From Phyllobates terribilis (lineage: Eukaryota): a stretch of DNA of 64,000 nucleotides. Location of the stretch: NCBI RefSeq assembly GCF_046119375.1, contig NW_027362772.1:279248001-279312000 (forward strand), given 5' to 3'. The first letter of the stretch is position 1; every line of letters begins with the position of its first letter. The notes below the pieces were generated by a model. That model worked only from the letters and a program-made list of their open reading frames with translations, searched no databases and had not been told where the DNA came from. Shown one piece after another: positions 37,501 through 47,828 of this stretch. A program made the translations under genes and the position numbers.

Positions 37501-40500
37501 GTGTGCAGTGATGGGAGGCCATGCATACCAGCATTGGGGGATGAGGGGCGCCGTGCATACCAGCATTGGGGGATGAGGGGCGCCGTGCATACCAGCATTG
37601 GGGGATGAGGGGCGCCGTGCATACCAGCATTGGGGGATGAGGGGCGCCATGCATACCAGCATTGGGGGATGAGGGGCGCCATGCATACCAGCATTGGGGG
37701 ATGAGGGGCGCCATGCATACCAGCATTGGGGGATGAGGGGCGCCATGCATACCAGCATTGGGGGATGAGGGGCGCCATGCATACCAGGATTGGGGGATGA
37801 GGGGCGCCATGCATACCAAGATTGGGGGATGAGGGAGCAATGCGTACCAGGACGGGTAATTTACCAGTAGCTGCTGAATTTCCCACCGTAGGATCATACT
37901 CTGTTCAATAAGTTTTCCCGTTTTTTTTTTAAATTAGGAACCTCGGCTTATACTTGAGTATATACGGAACATTAGACTGGTGGCGGCAAGATTATTTTGT
38001 ATGTGTATGAGGGGAATTGTCCACTTCTGGGAACTTTTTTTTTTTTTTTTTTTTTTGTGCATCATTTTTGCAGTTCGGTTTCATAAGAAAAGAAAAAAAA
38101 AAAAGAAGAGGTACACTATTTGACTTGAACAGGCTCTTTATTTCCATACACATTCAAATTTAATGTGGTCTGTGTTCATAGATCAGCGGAGATCACAAAA
38201 ACGCAATGAAAAACAATGAAAAGAGAGAGAAACTCTCCCTTTGGACTATCAGAAAGAGCTCACTCACGGAGGCTCAGTTAACTCATTCTGCAGCCAGTAA
38301 TAGAAAGTGCAGCACAGAGGCCATAGAAGGCAAGGGGTGCAAAAATTTTAAAGAAACCCGACTGCAACTAAATAACTATTTCTAACCAAAAATAAATGAG
38401 AAGGTGTGTCCAAACTTTTGGTCTGTAATTTAAAAGATTTTTCTGTATTTTCATGAGTTTGAAAATTGTACATTCACACTGAAGGCATCAAAACTATGAA
38501 TTAACACATGTGGAATTATATACTTAACAAAAAAGTGTGAAACAACTGAAAATATGTTTTATATTCTAGGTTCTTCAAAGTAGCCACCTTTTGCTTTGAT
38601 GACTGCTTTGCACACTCTTGGCATTCTCTTGATGAGCTTCAAGAGGTAGTCACCGGAAATGGTTTTCACTTCACAGGTGTGCCCTGTCAGGTTTAATAAG
38701 TGGGATTTCTTGCCTTATAAATGGGATTGGGACCATCAGTTGTGTTGTGCAGAAGTCTGGTGGATATACAGCTGACAGTCCTACTGAATAATTTGTATTA
38801 TGGCAAGAAAAAAGCAGCTAAGTAAAGAAAAACGAGTGGCCATCATTACTTTAAGAAATGAAGGTCAGTCAGTGCGAAAAATTGGGAAAACTTTGAAAGT
38901 GTCCCCAAGTGCAGTTGCAAAAACCATCAAGCGCTACAAAGAAACTGGCTCACATGAGGACCGCCCCAGGAAAGGATGACCAAGAGTCACCTCTGCTTCT
39001 GAGGATAAGTTTATCCGAGTTACCAGCCTCAGAAATCGCAGGTTAACAGCAGCTCAGATTAGAGACCAGGTCAATGCCACACAGAGTTCTAGCAGCAGAC
39101 ACATCTCTTCAACAACTGTTAAGAGGAGACTTTGTGCAGCAGGCCTTCATGGTAAAATAGCTGCTAGGAAACCACTGCTAAGGACAGGCAACAAGCAGAA
39201 GAGACTTGTTTGGGCTAAAGAACACAAGGAATGGACATTAGACCAGTGGAAATCTGTGCTTTGGTCTGATGAGTCCAAATTTGAGATCTTTGGTTCCAAC
39301 CACCGTGTCTTTGTGCGATGCAGAAAAGGTGAACGGATGAACTCTACATGCCTGGTTCCCACCGTGAAGCATGGAGGAGGAGGTGTGATGGTGTGGGGGT
39401 GCTTTGCTGGTGACACTGTTGGGGATTTATTCAAAATTGAAGGCATACTGAACCAGCATGGCTACCACAGCATCTTGCAGCGGCATGCTATTCCATCCGG
39501 TTTGCGTTTAGTTGGACCATCATTTATTTTTAAACAGGACAATGACCCCAAACACACCTCCAGGCTGTGTAAGGGCTATTTGACCAAGAAGGAGAGTTAT
39601 GGGGTGCTACGTCAGATGACCACAGTCACCAGACCTGAACCCAATCGAGATGGTTTGGGGTGAGCTGGACCGCAGAGTGAAGGCAAAAGGGCCAACAAGT
39701 GCTAAGCATCTCTGGGAACTCCTTCAAGATTGTTGGAAGACCATTTCCGGTGACTACCTCTTGAAGCTCATCAAGAGAATGCCAAGAGTGTGCAAAGCAG
39801 TCATCAAAGCAAAAGGTGGCTACTTTGAAGAACCTAGAATATAAGACATATTTTCAGCTGTTTCACACTTTTTTGTTAAGTATATAATTCCACATGTGTT
39901 AATTCATAGCTTTGATGCCTTCAGTGTGAATGTACAATTTTCAAAGTCATGAAAATACAGAAAAATCTTTAAATGAGAAGGTGTGTCCAAACTTTTGGTC
40001 TGTACTGTACATACAAAAAAAATAAAATATAAATTAATAAATTATTATGATTAATAATAAATACTTTGCATGTATTATTGGTTAAAAAAATGTAGTGATT
40101 GAAAAAAAAAATCATAACTGGGGTAAAAAACTAATTAATTTGTCTTGCCTATATATTCTCAGTTAACTCATTCTGCAGCCAGTAATTGCAATATTTCTAA
40201 AGAAACCCAATTACAAAAACTAGACAGACTTTTGTTTAAAAAAAAAAAAAATGACCCAGTAATTTTTACCAAGCAATGAACGCCGTACGAATGAAACCCA
40301 AACACCGATGAGAGTTGCTTTGAATGGTGAGAAAACCAATGCGGTCATTCAAATCTACAACTCATCCCAGATAAAGCAAGCCCTTGTATGGTTATGACAA
40401 AGGATAAAAAAAAAAAAAAAGTTATGGTTTTTGAAAGAAGAGGAGGAAAACAAAATGAAAGTGCAAAAATTAAAATTGCCCATGTCCTTAAAGAGTTAAA

Positions 40501-43500
40501 GTCATTAATAAAATACCTTGCAATAGATCCAATTTTATATGTAATACACTGGAGTATGGAGGAGGGTGGGGACGCTCACAGGCTTACTCCAGGAAAAAAA
40601 TATTATAGTAATTTATTTACAATTTACCTGCAAATTCTTCTGCAAGAGTTCTGGTGTAGTTGAGCGTCATGGCTAGAAGTTCTTCAGGAGAATACAACAG
40701 TTCTCTGAAAGCATAAAATACAAAGAAGGATCAGAAGAACTGCAAGCAAGTGAGTGCACACAGGCAAGAGAGCCTGCGGCTGTCAGAGCATGCTGAGAGT
40801 TATAGTCTCCCATAAATATACCACCATTATACTTCTATTATCAGAAGAAAAAAAAAAAAAGTACGTACTCCGACAGCTTGAAAAGAACCGTGCCCCGCTC
40901 GGCCTCCCTGACAACACTGTACTCAGGGAACCGGCTTCTAAAACTCTCAACTTGGGGGTTTTCTGCCCGCTTTCCGATCAAGTCTTGGAAGTAACGGAAC
41001 GTCACCTTGGGATTCTTAGCTGCCTGCGGAGAATAAAGGACACAACAAAACTTAGTCGGTCCCTGCTAGTCTGTACTTCAGAGGACGACCCCATCCAAAA
41101 ATGCATGATAGGAGCAATAATGGCATCTGTGCGAGTAAACATCACTAGTTTTATTTTTCACTCATCCCTTTAAGAATAATTTTCCTTGCGCCTGACGGAT
41201 ACAAGTCACTTACCAGCCCTACAGCACTGTCCCCAAAGAGACGCTCATTATCTTTTAAAGCTACGGCACAAGGCGTCTTTCTCCTCGACTCCCTGAGAAA
41301 TAAAAGGTTAACAAAAACATTAAATTGGAAGTCTGCTGTGAAGCTTGCAGAACTATGAATGCAGCTCTTGATTAGAGCACAGTCTAACAGACCCCATTTT
41401 TTTTTTCAGAACTGCAGCACATAACGCCAAAAATGTAAAAAACGTACAAGCAAGATCTCCCCCACGTCCTACTAAATTAAACGCTCCCTCCTTTCTGGCC
41501 GACAGGACTTACTTGTTTAATACAATTTCCATAGGGACTCCGGGTTTTACTATTGCAATTTTCATCCATTCAGAGCCCAGATCCACAGACATGACGGCCA
41601 CAGAGTCTGGAGAGAAGAACATCAGGTTGTCAAAAATCTGCACCAGAGGAATAGTGAGAAGGAGCCAGAATCATCCCGCCCCCAGTGCACCTTCAGCCTC
41701 ATTTACATAACTATTCAAAGTGGATTTTCTCAGTAACAGGATTTACATTTGCAATCAGGACACAATAAGTGAACTTATATTTTTCTATCCTATCCAGAAG
41801 TGTCCTCAGTTTGGTGGCCTTAAAAAGCCTGACAAGTTCTCTTTAAATAGGGGTTGTCCTGTTGAGATAAACCTTTCTTTATTGAAGCCGGTGCAGTGAT
41901 CAGGGGGTCACCACGCGGATGGATTTCCGAGCCCCGGGGGAGCATCTATTGTAGGGCAATGAAAAAAGCTGAAGTATCACATCTCCACGAGTAATGCAGA
42001 GGAGAGACAGCCATTGTTCAGGGTAAGAGGAGATTTCATGCTGGGGAGAAGCCGACAAGTTAAGGAGAAGGTCTCCCTCACGATCCGATGTTTTTTTCCC
42101 ACATTGTAGTATTTTGTATGGCGCTACTATAGTTCTCAGCCTCGCCGCCCCTCAACATGAGATACGCTGCCTGATGGTCCCTCTACACCAAGATGCGCCG
42201 TCTCGCTGCCCAATGATACAACTTTCAGCCTGAGACTTTGCACTAAAAACTTTAGCTCAATATGAGAACTTCAAGCAACTTTTCAATTATGGGGGAGAGG
42301 ATAGAATAAAAGCTTCATCCTCTCAACCCAAAAGTGTCAAGAAAAGAATAAATAAATAAATAAATAAAAAAAGGTTTTAAAATCTGCAGCAAAGGTTTGG
42401 GGGTGTCAGTGGTTTGTTTGCAAGCTTCAGAGCAGGAGGCTCTGTGCACTGTAAGCCTGTGTAAAGTCATAACACAGTCATGTGAAGACAAAGCAACTGA
42501 CGCACCTCAGAGCAAGACATTGCGGCTGTCACCCATGGCACCCAGTTTATACGGACTGTCTGGAGCAACCGGCTGCGATCCGGAGGACACCATTTGCATT
42601 TAAGTTGTGAGCTTTGCAAATAAAAGACATTTAAGTTGAAGTTTCCTTGGGTCACTGCCCCATTACCGCACAGTGTGAACACCGCCGCACTACAATGTGT
42701 GTATATATAATATACACTGCTCAAAAAAATAAAAGGGAACACTTAAACAGAATATAACTCCAAGTAAATCAAACTTCTGTGAAATCTAACTGTCCACTTA
42801 GGAAGCAACACTGATTGACAATCAATTTCACATGCTGTTGTGCAAATGGAATAGACAATAGATGGAAATTATTGGGAATTATCAAGACACCTTCAATAAA
42901 GGAGTGGTTCTGCAGGTGGGGACCACAGACCACATCTCAGTACCAATGCTTTCTGGCTGATGTTTTGGTCACTTTTGAATGTTGGTTGTGCTTTCACACT
43001 CGTGGTAGCATGAGACGGACTCTACAACCCACAGAAGTTGCTCAGGTAGTGCAGCTCATCCAGGATGGCACATCAATGCAAGCTGTGGCAAGAAGGTTTG
43101 CTGTGTCTGTCAGCGTAGTGTCCAGAGGCTGGAGGCACTACCAGGAGACAGGCCAGTACACCCGGAGACGTGGAGGGGGCCGTAGGAGGGAACCAACCCA
43201 GCAGCAGGACCGCTACCTCCGCCTTTGTGCAAGGAGGAACAGGAGGAGCACTGCCAGAGCCCTGCAAAATGACCTCCAGCAGGCCACAAATGTGCATGTG
43301 TCTGCACAAACGGTTAGAAACTGACTCCATTAGGGTGGTATGAGGGTCCGACGTCCACAGATGGGGGTTGTGCTCACAGCCCAGCACCGTGCAGGATGCT
43401 TGGCATTTGCCACAGAACACCAGGATTGGCAAAGTCGCCACTGGCGCCCTGTGCTCCTCACAGATGAAAGCAGGTTCACACTGAGCACATGTGACAGACG

Positions 43501-46500
43501 TGACAGTCTGGCGACGCCGTGGAGAGCGATCTGCTGCCTGCAACATCCTTCAGCATGACCGGTTTGGCAGTAGGTCAGTAATGGTGTGGGGTGGCATTTC
43601 TTTGGAGGGCCGCACAGCCCTCCATGTGCTCGCCAGAGGTAGCCTGACTGCCATTAGGTACCGAGATGAGATCCTCAGACCCCTTGTGAGTCCATATGCT
43701 GGTGCGGTAGGCCCTGGGTTCCTCCTAATGCAGGACAATGCCAGACCTCATGTGGCTGGAGTGTGTCAGCAGTTCCTGCAAGATGAAGGCATTGACGCTA
43801 TGGACTGGCCCGCCCGTTCCCCAGACCTGAATCTGATTGAGCACATCTGGGACATCATGTCTCGCTCCATCCACCAACGTCACGTTGCACCACAGACTGT
43901 CCAGGAGTTGGCGGATGCTTTAGTCCAGGTCTGGGAGGAGATCCCACAGGAGGCCATCCGCAACCTCATCAGGAGCATGCCCAGGCGTTGTAGGGAGGTC
44001 ATACAGGCACGTGGAGGCCACACACAATACTGAGCCTCATTTTGACTTGATTTAAGGACATTACATCAAAGTTGGATCAGCCTGTAGTGTGTTTTTCCAC
44101 TTTAATTTTGGGGGTGACTCCAAATCCAGGCCTCCATTGGTTAATAAATTTGATTTCCATTGATGATTTTTGTGTGATTTTGTTGTCAGCACATTCAGCT
44201 TTGTACAGAACAAAGTATTCAATGAGAATAGTTCATTCATTCAGATTCTTTATGCACAGCCAAATGTCTGAATCAATCTGTACCAAATTCAGGCACTTCG
44301 GAAGAGAAATATTTTTTGCAAACAGGTAAACTAAAAAGACTTGTGTGAAGTCGGGAAGTTCTACTAGTACTTTATAACAGGAATAATCTGCGATTGCAGA
44401 AAATAGAAACGTTTTATTCGGCGCCATTACTGCTGAGAACACGAGTGCACAAACCCTTCATTAACACAACTACTTCTCCGGGCCAAAAGAATCATTCAGC
44501 TCTCCGCAAGAGTCTCAGAATAAGGGTGGAACAGGGACAACGATCCCATCGCAGTGCATGGACTGGCCGGCGACTCTGCTCACCCGAGCATGTAGTTCTA
44601 TGCAGCTGTCACGCTCGGGTCAGCAGAGCCGCCGGCCAGTCCGTGCACTAGGAAGCGATCGTGGTCCGCGTTATACGGCCGTCTGATTGCGCTCTAAGGC
44701 TAGTGATCACTGTGCCAGTAACAGCACGAGGACAGGAAACCACACTGCATTGTTTCCATGAGCTTTGCAAACACTGATTGCAAATTATACAGGAGCAACA
44801 CGGACATCCTGTGTGATCAGAGGCGGGAAAACTGCCAAACCAGGACACCTGCTGCTACTGGAGCCAGCAGGACTACACGACTCCTAATCTGACACACACA
44901 GGTTTAGCTTTGGGTACACGGGACCTATCGGGTGTGGAAATTACACTCTGAAATAACCTTAAAAGTCTCAAAGTGAGTCTCCGTAATAAAAGTAGTTCCT
45001 ACATGTATCTACCAGCTTCCCCATTCACTTCCCCTTACTCTTGACTAATTAAAGGAGACTTGTCACCGGATCAGAAGTGCTCAGAGTTTGCTCTTTTATT
45101 TCCACTGATCCCCTGAGTTTTCTGTTTTTTGTATTATTTAAATCCGCCATACGGCTCCAGAGATAAGGACCTTTTTATTTAGTGCTACTGTTATGATCTT
45201 TACTAAGGGGGCGTGGCTCGTAGTAATTATGTAAAACTACTAAGCCACACCCCATATGATCCTGTAAGCCACACCCCCTTAGTAGCAGCAAAATAAAAAA
45301 GGCTCACATCTCTGGAACCATACGGCGGATTGAAAAAAAGAAAAAAACAGTAGTCAGGGGATCTGCAGGAATAATATAGTAGCAAAAACTGGGCACTTTT
45401 TACCTGTCTACAGGTCTCCTTTAACCCCTTAATGTCCTAGGGTGTATTAGTACACCCTAGGCCATCACCCCCGATTCAGCACGGGCTCTGGCACCGAGCC
45501 CGTGCTGAACCGGGCACATGTCAGCTGACATGTGCCCGCAACAGCAGCGGGTGGAAACGCGATCCACCAGTGGCTGTTAACCAGTTAAATGCTGCTGTCA
45601 ATCTTTGACAGCTGCATTTAACACCGCCGCCATGGAAGCGCGGCATTAGCCCCGCCATCGGTGACCCCGTCACATGATCACGGGTCACAGATGGGTGGGC
45701 ATGACAACACGGAGTCTGCAGCAGACCCTTGTGGTTGTCATGTCGCGCTTGCTATGAGCGCCACCCAGTGGTCGGCACTCATAGTAAGTGAGCATTTCTG
45801 CTACACAGAGGCGATCTGCTCATCACCTCTATGTAGCAGAGCCAATCAGATAACTGCAGCTTCTAGTCTCCTATGGATATTATTGAAGCATGCAGAAAGT
45901 GGAAAAAAATATTTTTAAAAATATTTAAAAAAAATAAAATAAAAGTTTAAATCACCCCCCTTTCGCCCCATTCAAAATAAATAATAAAAAAAAAAATCCC
46001 ACATACACATATTTGGTATCGCTGGGTTCAGAATCGCCCGATCCATCAATATAAAAAAATAATTAGTCTGATCTGTAAACGGCGTAACGATAAAAAAAAT
46101 TCTAAACGCCAGAATTACGTTTTTTTTGGTCATCGCAACACTGAAATAAAATGCAATAACGCGCAATCAAAACATTGAATCTACCCCAAAATGATATCAA
46201 TAAAAACGCCAGCTTGACGCGCAAGAAATAAGCCCTCACCCGGCCCCAGACCCCGAAAAATGGCGCCATTTTCTTTTTTTTAGCAAACTTTGGATTTTTT
46301 TCACCACTTAAATAAAAAAGAACCTATACATGTTTGGTGTATATGAACTCGTAATGACCTGCAGAATAAGAATAGCAGGTCAGTTTTAGCATTCAATAAA
46401 CGTGGTTAAAAAAAAAAAAACACAAAAAACACAAACCGTGGAATTGCATTTGTTTTGCAATTTCACCGCACATGGATTTTTTTTTTCCTGTTTTCCAGTA

Positions 46501-47624
46501 CACGATATGGTAAAATCAGTGATGGCGTTTAAAAGTACAACTCGTCCCGCAAAAAATAAGCCCTCACACGGCCATATTGACCAAAGAATAAAAAAAGCTA
46601 TGGCTCTGGCAAGAAGGGGAGCAAAAAATGAAAACGCAAAAACAGAAAAACCCAAGGTCGTTAAGGGGTTAAAGGATATGGTCACCTTCAGAGATATTTT
46701 ATTGTACTTAAATGCATGAATTTGGGGCTAAAAGTTATTTTTGTAGTTGGGATCCATTAAAAAGTTTGCTTAATTTGGCTATTACAGGCTCTTTGTTTCC
46801 ATGTGCATTGCAGGCTGCAGAATGAGTTAACTGAGAATTTGTCAGTGAGCATCCTGGACGTCTTACGCCTTATCCAGAAGTCAGTTTCCCACGTATGAAG
46901 GGTTTTCAAAGATAGAGCACATTCCCATTATAATCTATGGAGCTGTTCACTATGTGTATGCAAAAAAAATCACGGAGAATTGTCTGTTTTAGATCTGCAT
47001 CAAAATTAAGATGTTAATGGGTCCGAGAAAATTCCTGACAGAACACGGATGTCATCAACGTGCAGTCCGTGGCTAACACTGCAACGTCACGTTGACAGTG
47101 TGGCAACAAACCAGTGAGCTTAGCGGCTCTGAAGGGGGCGTTCCAGTTTTAAAAAAATGCAGCCGGGGCTGAACACCTTTAACATTCCTCAGGTCTTTAA
47201 ATCTGCTAAGAGAAGCTCAGAAAAGCAGATTAAAGGAAAAAAACACAATAAACTCTCCGCCAGAAAGAGCTCACTGATGGATCCTCAGTTAACTCAGTCC
47301 GCTGTTAGCGATGAGCAAGGAAACAAAAGAGCCTGTAAAAAAAATCCAAATGGTGCAACATTTTTAAGGAATCAAAAAAATAAAAAATAAAAAATCAGCA
47401 CAGGATACAATCTTTGGTACAAGGACACTGCAGAAGCCTGGAGGAGTCTGGCTGCAGCGGATGGGGGAGATGGTCAGCCTTTACGACATCACATGGGTAA
47501 AGCATCAGAGATATTACCTGCAGCAATAACATGGGCGCCACACTCTCTTACCTGTTGTGGAGGGGAGCAGGACCACCAGGAAAACTGAGAGGAGGGCACA
47601 CAGCGTCCACGTCCGAGGGTCCAT
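25545..47624 (-). CDS. HYOU1: Hypoxia up-regulated protein 1 (GRP170/ORP150), ER Hsp70-family chaperone/NEF; complete, 968 aa; coding exons complement(join(25545..25594,26775..26852,27022..27268,27538..27622,28222..28355,29312..29434,29725..29812,30068..30246,30790..30930,31119..31201,31407..31467,31705..31843,31951..32135,32560..32692,32983..33065,33159..33293,34248..34434,35799..35914,36643..36824,40628..40704,40869..41023,41214..41292,41513..41606,47552..47624))
   Basis: 24 GT-AG exons sum to 2907 nt in a continuous frame. They encode a signal peptide ([24 protein letters not shown]), [84 protein letters not shown] and a C-terminal KTEL*. Most exon sizes match the mammalian gene as I recall it. 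Confidence 0.98.
25960..26730 (-). pseudogene. Highly degenerate Tc1-like transposase remnant in the last HYOU1 intron
   Basis: Residual 'LDNC..PTLWEQFG' and 'GGG.IMLW' type segments interrupted by many stops. Confidence 0.55.
28619..28770 (+). mobile_element. 152-bp Penelope-like pLTR-type insertion flanked by a 12-bp target-site duplication
   Basis: ATGACTAACTAC occurs at 28607-28618 and again at 28771-28782. The insert begins with a hammerhead-like motif followed by T-rich sequence. Confidence 0.65.
28622..28661 (+). ncRNA. Minimal type-I hammerhead ribozyme motif (Penelope-type) with A3-U8 core and an extra A after A9
   Basis: GCT-[A U G A U U A]-A-GAGCGG(UUAA)CCACUC-GAA-AC(GC)GU-C-AGU. 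Stem I has 3 bp, stem II has 5 of 6 positions paired, stem III is the palindromic ACGCGU, and the cleavage triplet is GUC. Confidence 0.6.
33443..34053. mobile_element. Solo LTR (611 bp)
   Basis: Termini TGTCACG...CGTGACA; the flanks GGCTT/GGCGT form an imperfect 5-bp TSD. Confidence 0.7.
35457..35560. repeat. 39-bp tandem repeat, ~3 copies
   Basis: GTCTAAGGCACAGAC recurs at a 39-bp period. Confidence 0.8.
36037..36232. repeat. 42-bp tandem repeat, ~4 copies, ending in an inverted partial copy
   Basis: GTTATAGAGCAGGAAGAGCTGACTCTTAGCTGCCATCATCAT repeats, followed by CTGCTCTATAACATGATGA. Confidence 0.85.
36977..37967. mobile_element. Tc1/pogo-superfamily MITE carrying an internal 32-bp minisatellite (37520-37845, ~10 copies)
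   Basis: TA|CTGTATATACTCGAGTATAAGCCGAG ... CTCGGCTTATACTTGAGTATATACGG. Confidence 0.8.
38394..40007 (+). mobile_element. Tc1-like DNA transposon with ~200-bp TIRs; transposase pseudogene 38800-39844
   Basis: [22 protein letters not shown]..., in-frame TGA at 38977, DD34E motifs ([15 protein letters not shown], ..PDLNPIE) and a frameshift near 39620. The TIRs are complementary, and TA follows the right end. Confidence 0.95.
42715..44246 (+). mobile_element. Second Tc1-like family member; right TIR truncated; transposase pseudogene 43010-44033
   Basis: TA|CACTGCTCAAAAAAATAAAGGGAACAC left end. [20 protein letters not shown]..., [15 protein letters not shown] and [15 protein letters not shown] are present, with stops near 43322/43331 and a frameshift near 43505. 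Confidence 0.93.
45053..45420. mobile_element. T2/Kolobok-type MITE
   Basis: TTAA|AGGAGAC...GTCTCCT|TTAA. Confidence 0.75.
45425..46668. mobile_element. piggyBac-type non-autonomous element
   Basis: TTAA|CCCCTTAATG ... CGTTAAGGGG|TTAA; no transposase ORF. Confidence 0.8.
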
Positions 47625-47828
47625 CTTGCAGGGGTCACGCCACAAATTATATACACCTGCACAATGTAAATGGTATACATGAGCGGAAAATCCAAAGTCC
47701 CTGAGACCACAGACTGGAAGAGGCCCAAGAGGCCAGCAAGAACGTGCTGACAGTCTCCAGGGGAAAAGATGGCCACCTTATTGTAAAGTGGCACAAAACA
47801 CTTCAATCTTCACCTAGTGACTGAGGCC

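Noticed and set aside
39266-39290. CTGATGAGTCC hammerhead-like core
   Set aside because: It is the coding sequence for the Tc1 W-S-D-E-S motif, with no stem II/GAAA in register.
47510-47551. Alternative donor CAG|GTAAT about 34 nt downstream of the HYOU1 exon 2 donor
   Set aside because: Its use would shift the frame right after the signal peptide, and there is no evidence of use.
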